From contig CBDCWP010000034.1 in NCBI GenBank assembly GCA_965223505.1, positions 190,810-254,809 on the forward strand: 64,000 nt of DNA, read 5' to 3'. The notes beneath the pieces are model-generated. The model did no database searches and was not told the DNA's origin. It saw only the letters and a program-made list of their open reading frames with translations. Origin of the DNA: Planctomycetota bacterium (GTDB lineage Bacteria > Planctomycetota > PLA2 > JAEUHO01). The position numbers and the translations under genes were made by a program. How positions within the stretch are numbered: the stretch's first letter is position 1; the number at the start of each line of letters is the position of its first letter. Of the stretch, positions 44,136 to 53,904 are shown piece after piece.

Positions 44136-44642
44136 ATGGACCCTGCAAAGGCCATTGCTGCCGCTCGCAATCCCGCCACGACGCCTGAGGAGTTGAGGCT
44201 CCTGTCGGAATTCGAGTTCATGTTCGTGCGGGAGGCGGTCGCCGCTCATCCCTTGGTGACGACTGAGATCCTAGACGGCTTGCTGCCGGTCGACATAGGC
44301 GTGTACGAGCAATACTGCGTCGCGCGTTCCGTCGCGGACAGTGACCGCACGAGCGCTACGACGCTCGGAGCCGTGCTGGCGCTGATCGACGCACGTCAAC
44401 TCGACGGTTCGCGAAGGGAGAACTGGACCTACGAGGACGTCGCAAAGCGGGCGCTCACGCGGGCGAGATGTCCCATTGCGGAAGCAGAGAGACTCCTCGA
44501 CGACAGTCTGGTTGGGATGGGCGTGCGGCTCTATGTCGCGAAGAACGCACACTCTGTCGACGTCCTGTCCATCCTCCTGAGAGACAGGAGCAAGAGGGTG
44601 CGCGAAGCGGCGGCTGCCCAGAAAGCGTCAATCCTGTCCTGA
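44136..44642 (+). CDS. LRV/HEAT-like repeat protein
   Basis: ARNPATTPEELRLL, VREAVAAHP, VRLYVAKN, RVREAAA. Confidence 0.7.
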   Translation: MDPAKAIAAARNPATTPEELRLLSEFEFMFVREAVAAHPLVTTEILDGLLPVDIGVYEQYCVARSVADSDRTSATTLGAVLALIDARQLDGSRRENWTYEDVAKRALTRARCPIAEAERLLDDSLVGMGVRLYVAKNAHSVDVLSILLRDRSKRVREAAAAQKASILS

Positions 44643-44769
44643 ATTCGCAGATACCGACGACGGCCTACATGTGTCTGAGAGAGTTCCGAGTCGGGTTTGT
44701 CTGGTCGTCGACATTCGGACCCAATCTCGATGGGTCATGGGTATGAGAGCGTGCTCAGTACCGATTTCC

Positions 44770-45798
44770 CTACGCGATTCGCGGGAGCCAGTAGATCTCG
44801 AGCGCGCGCTCGATGTTCTTGCGGTCCGAGCCCCAATCGTCGAGGGCATGGCGGTAGCGTAGGTACGCGATCAGGGCCTTGCACTGGGTGCGGTCGAAGA
44901 CCTCGAGCCGCGCGTTTCCGCGCTTGCCGATGTGCCGGGCCAGCGTGTCCACCGGATCGAAGTCGCACTCGCCTCCGTAGACGTCAGCGAGCAAGAAAGC
45001 CGGCAGGAAATAGGCCAGGCCCTCTGCGGTGAAGAAGCTCGGCGCCGCGTAGTTGTAGCTCAGAAACTCCGGGTGCAGGGTACGCCAGTCCTGACCGCGA
45101 AACTCGAGTGCATACTGCGGCCCGTCGTCCCCCTGACTGGACCCGCTCAGCCGGTCGTCGCCGGGGTATGCCGCGCCTTCGAATGCCGACTTGATCTGTG
45201 ACGCCACAGCACCGGCCTCACCCTCCAAGTCCGGCCAGGTGTGCCCGAACATGCGCTCGTAGTGGCTGTGCATGACCGCGTGATGGGGAGTGTCGCGGGT
45301 GCTCCATCCCCACCGCATGGCCTCTGCGGCGAGGAAGGGATACCGAAGGCGCTGGATCCACGCTAGGAACTCGCAGACGAGGTCGTACTCCTCGGGCGCG
45401 AGCGTCGCAACGCGCGCTTCGTGTTTCCGGTCGGCACCGCGGTAGTAGATGTGCCAGTAGCTCGGTACAAGTGAGAACGTCACCCTGTGGACGAGATTGC
45501 CGTCGTCTTTCAGATCGGTGAGTGCGCCACACAGGAGGGAAGGCAGGTAGTGGTGGTATCCCTCTGGCGTCAGGTAGATGAACGACGACCACTTGTCACG
45601 TAGCCAGTCCAGTGGAACCTGATCCCACGTTCGTCCCCGGAGCGCCTTCGCCAACGCCGCAGTCCCTGCGGGATCGTCCGTCGCCGCGTTCGATTCGATC
45701 AGTTTCTGCCCCCGCGGCTTCTTGCCGACGCCGAACCCGCGGGTGATTCGCAGAATCAGGTCGTGGGCCTGCTTGTGTTCCTCAGGAGAAAGCGCCAT
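44770..45798 (-). CDS. Tandem DUF6714-like domain protein
   Basis: Two repeats of W..[V/L]....L......[Y/F][L/F]T.EG..[H/Y][Y/F]LP; AF....YPGDD. Confidence 0.6.
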   Translation of the reverse strand: MALSPEEHKQAHDLILRITRGFGVGKKPRGQKLIESNAATDDPAGTAALAKALRGRTWDQVPLDWLRDKWSSFIYLTPEGYHHYLPSLLCGALTDLKDDGNLVHRVTFSLVPSYWHIYYRGADRKHEARVATLAPEEYDLVCEFLAWIQRLRYPFLAAEAMRWGWSTRDTPHHAVMHSHYERMFGHTWPDLEGEAGAVASQIKSAFEGAAYPGDDRLSGSSQGDDGPQYALEFRGQDWRTLHPEFLSYNYAAPSFFTAEGLAYFLPAFLLADVYGGECDFDPVDTLARHIGKRGNARLEVFDRTQCKALIAYLRYRHALDDWGSDRKNIERALEIYWLPRIA

Positions 45799-45940
45799 TG
45801 ACGCAAGGTACGGCACCCGTTCAGCGCGGTGGCAGCGGATTCTCGACGGTGCGTGACCGAAACCGCCGCCTCCGCGACTCGGATACCGAAGAGTCAGAGT
45901 TCCGCAGGTACCGAGTCAGGACCGATTCGTAGTCACTGGC

Positions 45941-46924
45941 CTATTCAGCAGCGGGCTTCGGCTTTCCAAGTTCCGGCCAGTACGCGAGGGCCTTCTCCTG
46001 GTCGCGTGCGAAGACGACTCGCCCCTGCGTGAACTCCGAGTCCTCTTCGATGTCGCGTGACGTGTAGCCCTGCCAGTGACCCTCGAACAGTCGACCCGTC
46101 ATGCCGATGGGGCGTAGGAGCGTGGTTCCGCAGATGCGGAGTTCGCCGGGGCTCCAGTAGGAGAGAGCGACGGATCCGTCGGGCGAAACTACCCCTTCCA
46201 TGGGGTACTGCTTCACTGCGGCGTCGAGCTGGTCCATGCCCTTCTTTGTTGAGAGCCCGACCATCCGGATTCGGTCGTTGGTGGTCCAGACACGGAGTTT
46301 GTCGGCTTCGAACACGTCCTCGGTTCCGTCATCATAGAGTTGCGTCCACTTGGCGTACCACCAGCCCTCCATCTTCTTGGCCGCGCGCTGAACGTGAAAG
46401 TGACCGTGAAACAAGACACGCGAAAGGGAGTCTACTCGTGCCTTGCCAACCTTCTCCATGTACCGATCGATGTAGCCCGCCAATGGCTCCATGGCTTTCG
46501 CTGGTGTGTCGGCGCCGAAGTGCCTGAGAGCTAGATCTCCGCAGAGCTTCTTGACCGAACGAGCGTCTTCGCCGTTGTATCGGTGATGCCGTGTGAAGAC
46601 CTCGTGGATGCTTCGCTCAGTGATGAAGTAAAACACCGGGATGATCAGCTTGTCTTGACCCTCGGCAAAGCCGCTTTCCCACACAAGCCAGGGTCTCTCG
46701 TTCGAGCCGGGCGTCAGGATGACGAGAATGGTATCCGCTTCCGCTACCCTGTTGTCGATGTTGCGGCGCCAGTCTCCCTGCGCCATTCCTTCCCCGGCCT
46801 CTTCATCGCTGGAGTACCAGGGATTGACCTGACGCCTAGTCACCGCCTTGATTAGCTGCTTCCACGCATCAGCGAGCAGCTTGTCGTCCTTGGCATGAGA
46901 GATAAAGATCTTCAGTCCGCCCAT
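45941..46924 (-). CDS. TIR domain protein with C-terminal beta-barrel domain
   Basis: IFISHA..D, W...I, ILTPGS.ERPWLVWESG; beta-rich C-terminal half. Confidence 0.82.
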   Translation of the reverse strand: MGGLKIFISHAKDDKLLADAWKQLIKAVTRRQVNPWYSSDEEAGEGMAQGDWRRNIDNRVAEADTILVILTPGSNERPWLVWESGFAEGQDKLIIPVFYFITERSIHEVFTRHHRYNGEDARSVKKLCGDLALRHFGADTPAKAMEPLAGYIDRYMEKVGKARVDSLSRVLFHGHFHVQRAAKKMEGWWYAKWTQLYDDGTEDVFEADKLRVWTTNDRIRMVGLSTKKGMDQLDAAVKQYPMEGVVSPDGSVALSYWSPGELRICGTTLLRPIGMTGRLFEGHWQGYTSRDIEEDSEFTQGRVVFARDQEKALAYWPELGKPKPAAE

Positions 46925-47023
46925 CGCAATTACAACGCCTCCGCAAAGGAGTGCCTGCACCGGCTCCATCTAGAGTACTGCGAGATAACGAGTTTCTCCG
47001 TTCGATGTTCGAACGGGAGCTCC

Positions 47024-48580
47024 CTAGAGGCAGAGCAGGAAGGCCACGAGATCCTCCTTCTCTCCTCGGTTCAGATGCAACTCGAGCACGAGGTCGAAGA
47101 ACTCGACGACGTCGTGCAGTGTGGGTAGGCGGCCGTCGTGCAGATACGGCGGCGAGTCCTTGATGCCGCGCAACGGGAACGTCTTGATCGGCCCCTCCGG
47201 TCGTCCCTTGTAGAATCGTTCGACCCTCAGGTCATGCAGGTAGTCGTCGGTAAATGCCGGACCGTAGTGGCAGGCAGCGCAGCGGGCCTTGCCGTGGAAC
47301 AGCGCCTCGCCGCGCAGCTCGGCCTGCGTTGACTTCGACGGGATCAACCGCATGAGAGGTCCCAGCTTCGGCGCGGGCGCGTAGTCGATGATCGCGTTGA
47401 AGTCGCCCATCCGATTCGTAATCTGGCGCTGGGCGCCGCGCGGGCCGATCGCCTGCATCAGACCGGGATCCCCGTCGAAGTACTCCTCCACCTCCGCGAA
47501 GTGATCCAGACTTCGAATGGACCGTTTGGCGGACAGCTGCATCAGGTTGTAGTTGCCGCGCATGGTCGGCGTGTCCACGCGAAGCCTCGCCTGGTTCGGG
47601 CGGGCGTCCGGCGCGAGCTCGAAAGCGCCGTTCGTGTGCCCGTTCACGTGGCAGGCGAAGCACGACACGCCCGCGCTCGCTTCCTTGGTGACCCGGTGAT
47701 GCGTGTGGTTGAACCACGTCGTCGGCGTCGGTCGTAGCAACTCCTTCAGGCCCTCCATCTGCTCGGGTGTCAGGAGACCGTCGAAGATCTCGTAGTAGTT
47801 GGCGAGCGTGACCTCGCGCCCTTTGGTTACGTCGCCCAGCTCCTTGTGGGTCGTCAGGAACAGTGGCGCCGGGAACTCGGGCAGATACGCATCCGGAAAG
47901 TCGTGATCGACATCGATTCGGAGGTGCTCCGGATGGGCGCGGACCCATTGATCCGGAAACACCATGTGCGCGGTCGACTGCAGCGGGTGAGCCAGGGGAA
48001 GAAACGGGAACAGGCCGCGATCGCGGATGGCGTCGGGGGTGAGGCGACCCAACGCCTCCCACGAATCGACGCCTTCCGGCAAGCGCGCTACGGGGCCGGC
48101 CATGATCGGCTTGCCGCCGCTCATGGAGGCGCCGGGAATCGACTTGCCGTGGAAGTCGAAGCGACTCTTCATGTAGTGCCGCACGTCTTTCATGAGCGAC
48201 GGCTTCTGCTTCTCGCAGTGATCGAGCCACTCCGCCCAAGACATCGACAACGTCGGGCTCGACCACGAGCTCGCTCCCCGTCCGGCGTAGCGCCACAAGT
48301 CGAAGGGCGTTCGCATTCCCGGCTTTTCACTGGGGTAGGGACGCAGCTTCGCGACGAACCCGTCCCCCAGACCCCAGTCCGTGGCCGGCCTCTTCGCGCG
48401 GGCGGCCGGGCTCTGGCGCAGGTGCATCGGTCGCTCGTCCGGTTCGTACCGGACGTTGGGCTCTTGGGGCTCTTCGTCACCCGACGCGGGGGGAACGCCG
48501 GCGCCGATCACGTAGCCGACGGCAAGCGTCGTCGTCACGAGCGTCAAGCAAAGCAGTAGACGTGTCTGTCGAGACTTCAT
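47024..48580 (-). CDS. Exported di-heme cytochrome c (cytochrome c peroxidase-like)
   Basis: Signal peptide; CFACH and CAACH; TFPLRGI..SPPYLHDG. Confidence 0.88.
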   Translation of the reverse strand: MKSRQTRLLLCLTLVTTTLAVGYVIGAGVPPASGDEEPQEPNVRYEPDERPMHLRQSPAARAKRPATDWGLGDGFVAKLRPYPSEKPGMRTPFDLWRYAGRGASSWSSPTLSMSWAEWLDHCEKQKPSLMKDVRHYMKSRFDFHGKSIPGASMSGGKPIMAGPVARLPEGVDSWEALGRLTPDAIRDRGLFPFLPLAHPLQSTAHMVFPDQWVRAHPEHLRIDVDHDFPDAYLPEFPAPLFLTTHKELGDVTKGREVTLANYYEIFDGLLTPEQMEGLKELLRPTPTTWFNHTHHRVTKEASAGVSCFACHVNGHTNGAFELAPDARPNQARLRVDTPTMRGNYNLMQLSAKRSIRSLDHFAEVEEYFDGDPGLMQAIGPRGAQRQITNRMGDFNAIIDYAPAPKLGPLMRLIPSKSTQAELRGEALFHGKARCAACHYGPAFTDDYLHDLRVERFYKGRPEGPIKTFPLRGIKDSPPYLHDGRLPTLHDVVEFFDLVLELHLNRGEKEDLVAFLLCL

Positions 48581-48867
48581 CTTCGGTACCTCCTGTCATC
48601 GATCCGGAGGATAAGCCGCCTCCGAAGCAAAGACACCCGGCGCGAGATCAGTCGGTGGACGAGCTGCGGAGTCTTCCGCAGCAGGGAGGGAGTACCGAGA
48701 CCGGCTCGGAACTCCTTGCGTTGCGTTCGACCATTTTGGGAACGAGCCGACGTCTGAATCGCTTCGACGCGGACCTAGCACTTGGTCTCCGGATTTTCCG
48801 TGGCATCCGGCAGTGCCGGGCGACGCCTGAGTGTTCAAGCAGGCATCCAGGTCGGAGGTCACACGCG

Positions 48868-49011
48868 ATGAAGAGGCGAGGCTTGTTGGTTCTTGTGCTG
48901 CTCGTCGTCCTCCTCGGAGCGACGTCCTGCGGCGGTGGCGGGTCCAGGCTCCCAGCGCAAGGCTCGAGCGTCTGGGGGCAGATGATCTGGGGCACGGGTG
49001 TCTGGCGCTAG
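48868..49011 (+). CDS. Small lipoprotein with WG-xx-WG-xx-W tail (47 aa)
   Basis: SD GGAGG; MKRRGLLVLVLLVVLLGATSC lipobox. Confidence 0.6.
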   Translation: MKRRGLLVLVLLVVLLGATSCGGGGSRLPAQGSSVWGQMIWGTGVWR

Positions 49012-49053
49012 TGTCGCGAGCTGCGGGATCCCCGCGATGTCGGAGGTACTGAG

Positions 49054-49722
49054 ATGAGGACATACACCGGTCTATTCACGTTGGCGGTCTTGATCGCACT
49101 CGGCGTCATGAGCCACTCGGTCAGTCATGGCGATGAGGTTACGGGTCTCGCGACGTTCGTGAACGGTCAAGTCGCCGACGCCGACGCGGTAAATGCCAAC
49201 TTCACGGAAGTGCAGGATTCGGTGAACGACAACCACCAACGAATCACGGCGCTGGAGGCCACGACGAAGGTGCGCCGCATCAGCTTCCCCGGTCAGTCTC
49301 TCAACCGACCGAGCGGCTTGGGACCCGTTGACGATACGGACGGCGTCCGTTGGGCGCATTCAGTTACGCCGAGAGTCTTCGCCGCCTTGCGGGCGCCAGC
49401 GGACTACGACGGCGGTGATGTGAAGCTGCTGATCGTGTTCAAGAAGACGGCCGTTCCGGCCGGGGACGTCGATTTCCTCGTGGCGGCGACGTCGCACGAT
49501 GCCGGTGAGGCTCTGGGCATCGGCGCCGCGCAGCCCACCACCCCGACGGACGTCATCGGCGCGGGGGCAGGCTCCCTGCTTACGCAGGAGCTGACGATTG
49601 CCGCTGCGGCGCTCACAAAGGACTTTTGGAACATCCGCCTCAGCAGAAACGCGTCGACAACGGATACGCACGCTCACGACATCGTCGTTCCGTTCATCAC
49701 GCTCGAGTACATGGCCAACTAG
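49054..49722 (+). CDS. Exported protein with fibre-like N-terminal motif
   Basis: SD GGAGG; signal peptide; TFVNGQVADADAVNANF plus short coiled coil. Confidence 0.7.
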   Translation: MRTYTGLFTLAVLIALGVMSHSVSHGDEVTGLATFVNGQVADADAVNANFTEVQDSVNDNHQRITALEATTKVRRISFPGQSLNRPSGLGPVDDTDGVRWAHSVTPRVFAALRAPADYDGGDVKLLIVFKKTAVPAGDVDFLVAATSHDAGEALGIGAAQPTTPTDVIGAGAGSLLTQELTIAAAALTKDFWNIRLSRNASTTDTHAHDIVVPFITLEYMAN

Positions 49723-50344
49723 CACTGCCGCAACGCGACGAACCGGACTTGATCGATCCGTCCCCAGTCCAGTTCACCCGACCCTAGTTGAACCTGGCCA
49801 CACGGTTCGGGACGGGACGAGTGTGCACATCGAGGGAGTTCGAGGTCAACGATTGCCGGAGCGCAGAGACGCGATCTCCTGCTCGAGTCTGCTGATTCTC
49901 TCGAGAGCCGGTGGAGAGACGTCCTCCGCTCGTCCTGACGCTGGTCGAATCCGCCGCCTACGTGAACCACTGCAGGCTCGAGATGGGGGAGCGGCCGGTG
50001 CTGGCGGTCGCCTCCCACAGGAGGCCTCGAGACCGGCGAAGTCGGCGCCGGCGCCCCGAAACGGGCCTGGACGGGCGTCGCCGGGGCCCGCTCCTGGCCC
50101 AATTCGGGCTCACCAGGGATCAAGGCCCCTTCAAAGCCCTGAAAATGGCCTTCCTGGCGGAATCAGAAGGGGAACCTTTTCCCGGATCCGCGCGTCAACC
50201 CCCATAGACAAAGGGCCCCGGTCCGCCTCCTGAGTTGGTGGCATCCACAAAACGGGGGCCCTAGAATGGGTCGATTCAAGGAATCCGAGCAGCGCAATGA
50301 CTCCGCAAGTGGGGCGGGTGTGCGCTGCGCGAGAGAGGACAAAC

Positions 50345-51106
50345 ATGCGGAAGTTCTTGTTCACGGGCCTGGTGCTGGCCTTCGTCTTCACGTGCTCCGG
50401 GCTGACCTACGCCAAGACGGTGGGCTGCTGAGGCATCTCTCCGGCCAGTTCGGCTGTGTTGAACAAGGCTTGGTCCACCGCGAACCGGGCCTCGCCGGCG
50501 CTCGACGGCGTCATTACCGGCGATAGCGCCTCGGAAGAAGAAGCCGAGGAGCCCGCGGAGCTGAAGCCCGCCGATCAGCCGATGCTGATCTACGTGCACG
50601 ACGGCAACGCCGAGGACGAAGACTTCCAGAAGATCGAGAACATCGTCCTTCAGGACTTCAAAGTCGCTGCGGCGCGCAACGCTTTCCGTTGCCTCAAGAT
50701 GACACCCGAGGACGTCGAGAACGATCCGGCCCTCGCCGGTAACGGCAAGGCCCCCTCTCGCCTCCTCGTCGTCGATCGCGACTGGAAGAAAGTCAAGGTC
50801 ATCGAGGGCAAGAACCTCTCGTCGAAGAAGCTGTACACGGCGATGAAGGCATCGGCGAACCGCGCGTACAAGACGAAGCTCGACAAGAACGTCAAGGGCC
50901 TTCTCAAGTTGATCAACGAGTTCAACAAGATCAACAACGCCAAGAAGGTGCTCGAAGAGAAGGAACAGCGTCTCGGCTCCGAGATCAGCAAGGCCGACGC
51001 CAAGAAGATCGCCAAGGAGCGCGAAGAGCTGAACGAGGCACAGAAGGAAGCCGACGCGCTGCGCGACAAGCTCTACCACTTCGAGCTGAAGCCCCTGAAG
51101 GCCTAG
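50345..51106 (+). CDS. Candidate exported selenoprotein (GC-U-G, in-frame TGA 50429-50431), thioredoxin-like fold plus coiled coil, 253 aa
   Basis: SD GAGGA, ATG, 23-aa signal peptide, KTVGC-TGA-G in frame with ORF 50456-51106; hairpin just downstream of the TGA. Confidence 0.7.
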
Positions 51107-51143
51107 TACTTCCCGCTACTTCACGACTCGACTGCTTACCCTG

Positions 51144-51175
51144 CAACGGGCGCCTCACGGCGCCCGTTGTTTTTT
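51144..51175 (+). terminator. Intrinsic terminator
   Basis: CAACGGGCGCC-TCAC-GGCGCCCGTTG followed by T6. Confidence 0.88.
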
Positions 51176-51232
51176 GGCACGGCGTCCGGCCCTTCGGGGC
51201 ACTCGAGACGCGACGCGCTTCTCGCGAGCGTT

Positions 51233-51697
51233 TCAGGGGCCGGCACGCCAGGCCGGGACGTGTCCAAGCGCCGCCTCACGAATCGCGGCCCACGCTTCGC
51301 CCGACAGCGCCTCCGTGATGCGCGTTCGGGTCCGACCCAACTCTCGTTTCAGCGCGTCGAACCCCTCCCGATCGCCGACCGCACCGGAGCGTCCGATCTC
51401 CACGAACTGGTCGAGGACCGCCTGCATCTCATCCAGCCAGGGATCGGCGTCCGGCGCGTCCGGGTCTGCCGGGCGACGGCGCGCGAGCTCTGCGATCCGA
51501 TCATTCAGGCTTCGGGCGGTCTGTGCGTGTGCCTCCCAGGTCGGGAGGTCCTTCGACGCGTATCGGTTCGCGATCCAAGCCCCCACGCCGATCAAGACGA
51601 GCACGCCGAGCCCGATGAGCAGGAGGCGGTTGTGCGACCTGGCGCTTCGTGTCGCCCGATCTCGCGCCGTGTGCCTCCGTCTCGGTGCAACGCCCAT
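51233..51697 (-). CDS. Hypothetical membrane-anchored protein
   Basis: One TM then helical domain; start uncertain. Confidence 0.5.
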   Translation of the reverse strand: MGVAPRRRHTARDRATRSARSHNRLLLIGLGVLVLIGVGAWIANRYASKDLPTWEAHAQTARSLNDRIAELARRRPADPDAPDADPWLDEMQAVLDQFVEIGRSGAVGDREGFDALKRELGRTRTRITEALSGEAWAAIREAALGHVPAWRAGP

Positions 51698-51888
51698 GCG
51701 GCGGATCTTAGCGCAACCAGCGTGGCGGCGCCGGTCGTCGCGAAGTCCGGCCGTCGACGCAGCACCTCGCGAGCAGCCGTCACGGCAGGTCGAAGCAACA
51801 CTCCAACGCATTGGAGACACCTTGGTCGAGACGCTCGCGACGTGAGCGGCTGCAGCGGCCGGACCCGAGTTTCCTCCGACTCGTGCCG

Positions 51889-52734
51889 TCAGTGACCGAG
51901 GACCAAGCCCTCCCACGGGCGCGGCAAGAATTGCTCCCAGACCAGGGTGAGTACCTCCGGACGCGGCTCGGGGATGGTGAACTTCCACCAACACACGTAC
52001 TCTTCGCCGGGTGCAAGCGTGAGCGACGAGGGCGTGCTGGTCCAGTGAAACGACCGACTTGACGTGCTCGGTCGCGTCTCCGCTCCCGTGCTCTCGTCGA
52101 ACAGATGGGCGTCGTTCGGAACGACCGTGAAACTGGAGCTCTCCGTACGGCTGTTGTGCAACCTGATCTCGAGGGTCACGAGATCACCGCCGCCCGTGGG
52201 CTCGAAGCGTATGAGCTCGCATTGAATGCCCTCGATACTGCTGGGACGCGTCGGGCCGGTCAGCAGGTCGAGGTTGTGACGCGTGGCCACGACGCGCGGA
52301 CTCCGAGCAGACGCACGCGCGATGTCTCTCCGACCCTCCTCTCGATCGCCCGCCGCGAGCTTGGCAGCTCCGATGTTCCCCAGTAACGCAGCTGTCGGGA
52401 CCAGCTCGTACACGGACTCGAAGAGGGGGATCGCCTTCCTGAACTCCTGCTGTTCCACGAGACGCATCGCCTGGCGCAGCGACTCCTTGGCGTCCTGCGA
52501 CACCTCGATGCCGGCGCTACTCGCCTCGCCCAGTATCAGGTTGAAGCTGTTGAAGGCGACGTCGTGAAACTGGTTCCCTGGCCCGGAGTTGATGTAGAGG
52601 GTCTCGCCGATCTGGTTCACATCACCGCCAGCGCCGCCACCGGCAAACAGGCTCGGCACGATCGCAATGATCGCGACGGAGATCGGGACGGCAACGCCCA
52701 CGATCCACCACTGCTTCTTGCTGAGCGTCTTCAT
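51889..52734 (-). CDS. Membrane-anchored TPR plus Ig-like domain protein
   Basis: N-terminal TM, two TPR-like helical pairs, C-terminal LTLAPGE beta sandwich. Confidence 0.65.
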   Translation of the reverse strand: MKTLSKKQWWIVGVAVPISVAIIAIVPSLFAGGGAGGDVNQIGETLYINSGPGNQFHDVAFNSFNLILGEASSAGIEVSQDAKESLRQAMRLVEQQEFRKAIPLFESVYELVPTAALLGNIGAAKLAAGDREEGRRDIARASARSPRVVATRHNLDLLTGPTRPSSIEGIQCELIRFEPTGGGDLVTLEIRLHNSRTESSSFTVVPNDAHLFDESTGAETRPSTSSRSFHWTSTPSSLTLAPGEEYVCWWKFTIPEPRPEVLTLVWEQFLPRPWEGLVLGH

Positions 52735-52985
52735 GGGGCTTCTCGAGGCACTTGACACCATGCGGAGGGGAACAGGCCCCGCATCGGAAAGGGCGGAGCG
52801 CGGGTTCGGATGTTTCGGGGCCGTCGAGACCGGCGAAGTGATTCGGGGCGCCGAGACCGCCGACGGCCCGCCAGAGGCAGGCCAGCAGGGCGTCCGGGGC
52901 GGAGAGGGGCGCGCGGCGACCCGCCCGTGGCTAGAATGGATGGGAACGCAGCCTCGGGCGCAGCGTCGCCCGGTGGGGGTGTCCG

Positions 52986-53594
52986 ATGCAGAACGCCGCT
53001 CAGTTCGCCCTGACCCTCGTCCTCGTCCTCGTCTCGCTCGGCATGTACCACCTACTGGTGGGAGACTCGGCGTCCTACTCCGACATGGATGAACCGGAGG
53101 ACGAAGTGCCGGCGAGCTGGGCGCCCGAGGAGCTCGCATCGCGGATCGCGGCACTCGAGCGGAGGTCGCGCGCCAGCAAGGAGCTCACCGTAGAGCGCGT
53201 CGACCCGGATCGCCTCGACGGCCTGGAGGGTCGTGTGGCGGCTCTCGAAGCCGCGGCAAGCAGGAGCGCCGCGCGACCGGTGCGAGCAGAGCCGCCGGCC
53301 GCGCCGCCGCGCGAGGCGCCACAGCCTCGCAAGGTCAGCGGACCTGTCGCCAAGGCCGCCCAGCGCCTCGGCCTCGAGCTCAGTGAGCCGCAGGTCTCGG
53401 ACCTTGAGCAGCTTCTGAAGGAACACAAGGAAGCCGTCGCGGAATACACGCGGGAAGCGAATGAGAACGAGATCCCCGCCGAAGATCGCCGCGCCCGCCT
53501 GGACGAGCTGAAGGCGGACTTGAAAGACCAGGTCGAGCGCATCGTGCCCGGGGACGAAGGCACGAAGCTGGGTGACGCGCTCGCCGGCGGATAG
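52986..53594 (+). CDS. Membrane-anchored coiled-coil hypothetical protein
   Basis: N-terminal TM, RIAALE/RVAALE heptads. Confidence 0.65.
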   Translation: MQNAAQFALTLVLVLVSLGMYHLLVGDSASYSDMDEPEDEVPASWAPEELASRIAALERRSRASKELTVERVDPDRLDGLEGRVAALEAAASRSAARPVRAEPPAAPPREAPQPRKVSGPVAKAAQRLGLELSEPQVSDLEQLLKEHKEAVAEYTREANENEIPAEDRRARLDELKADLKDQVERIVPGDEGTKLGDALAGG

Positions 53595-53904
53595 CGGCCA
53601 AGCTCGCGCACGTGACCTGCAACGCGGCCTCGCCCGCGTCGTCGGTTCTGCGGTCGCACCTTTGGGAACGGAGGTGGACCCTGGGGGCGTCGTGCAGCGC
53701 GAGAACGCATCTCCTCTCAGCCCCTAACGGACTCTCTTGAAACAGGTTACGACGTGATTGCCAGGGTCGCCGACCGGGACCGCTCGAAATCAGGCCGACA
53801 AAACCTTGCGCTGCCTTGCGTATTGTATAGATTTTTAATTATACGAAATAAGGCGGGCGCGGGCCTACCGAGCCGCCCCCGGACAAATGACCCAGGAGCC
53901 TCCC

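Larger units (their letters stand above)
33802..48715. repeat. Dispersed intergenic motif family GATAC[C/G]GAG-(CCCGG)-TTTTCT[G/A]TTCGA[T/C]ATTC
   Basis: Copies or partials at about 33810, 33863, 33889, 37469, 38552, 40948, 41297, 42479, 42573, 43141, 43590(-), 44650, 45882, 45907, 46984, 48689. Confidence 0.7.

Noticed and set aside
33802..47010. Classical integron
   Set aside because: No intI, no consistent RYYYAAC/GTTRRRY attC boxes seen, genes lie on both strands
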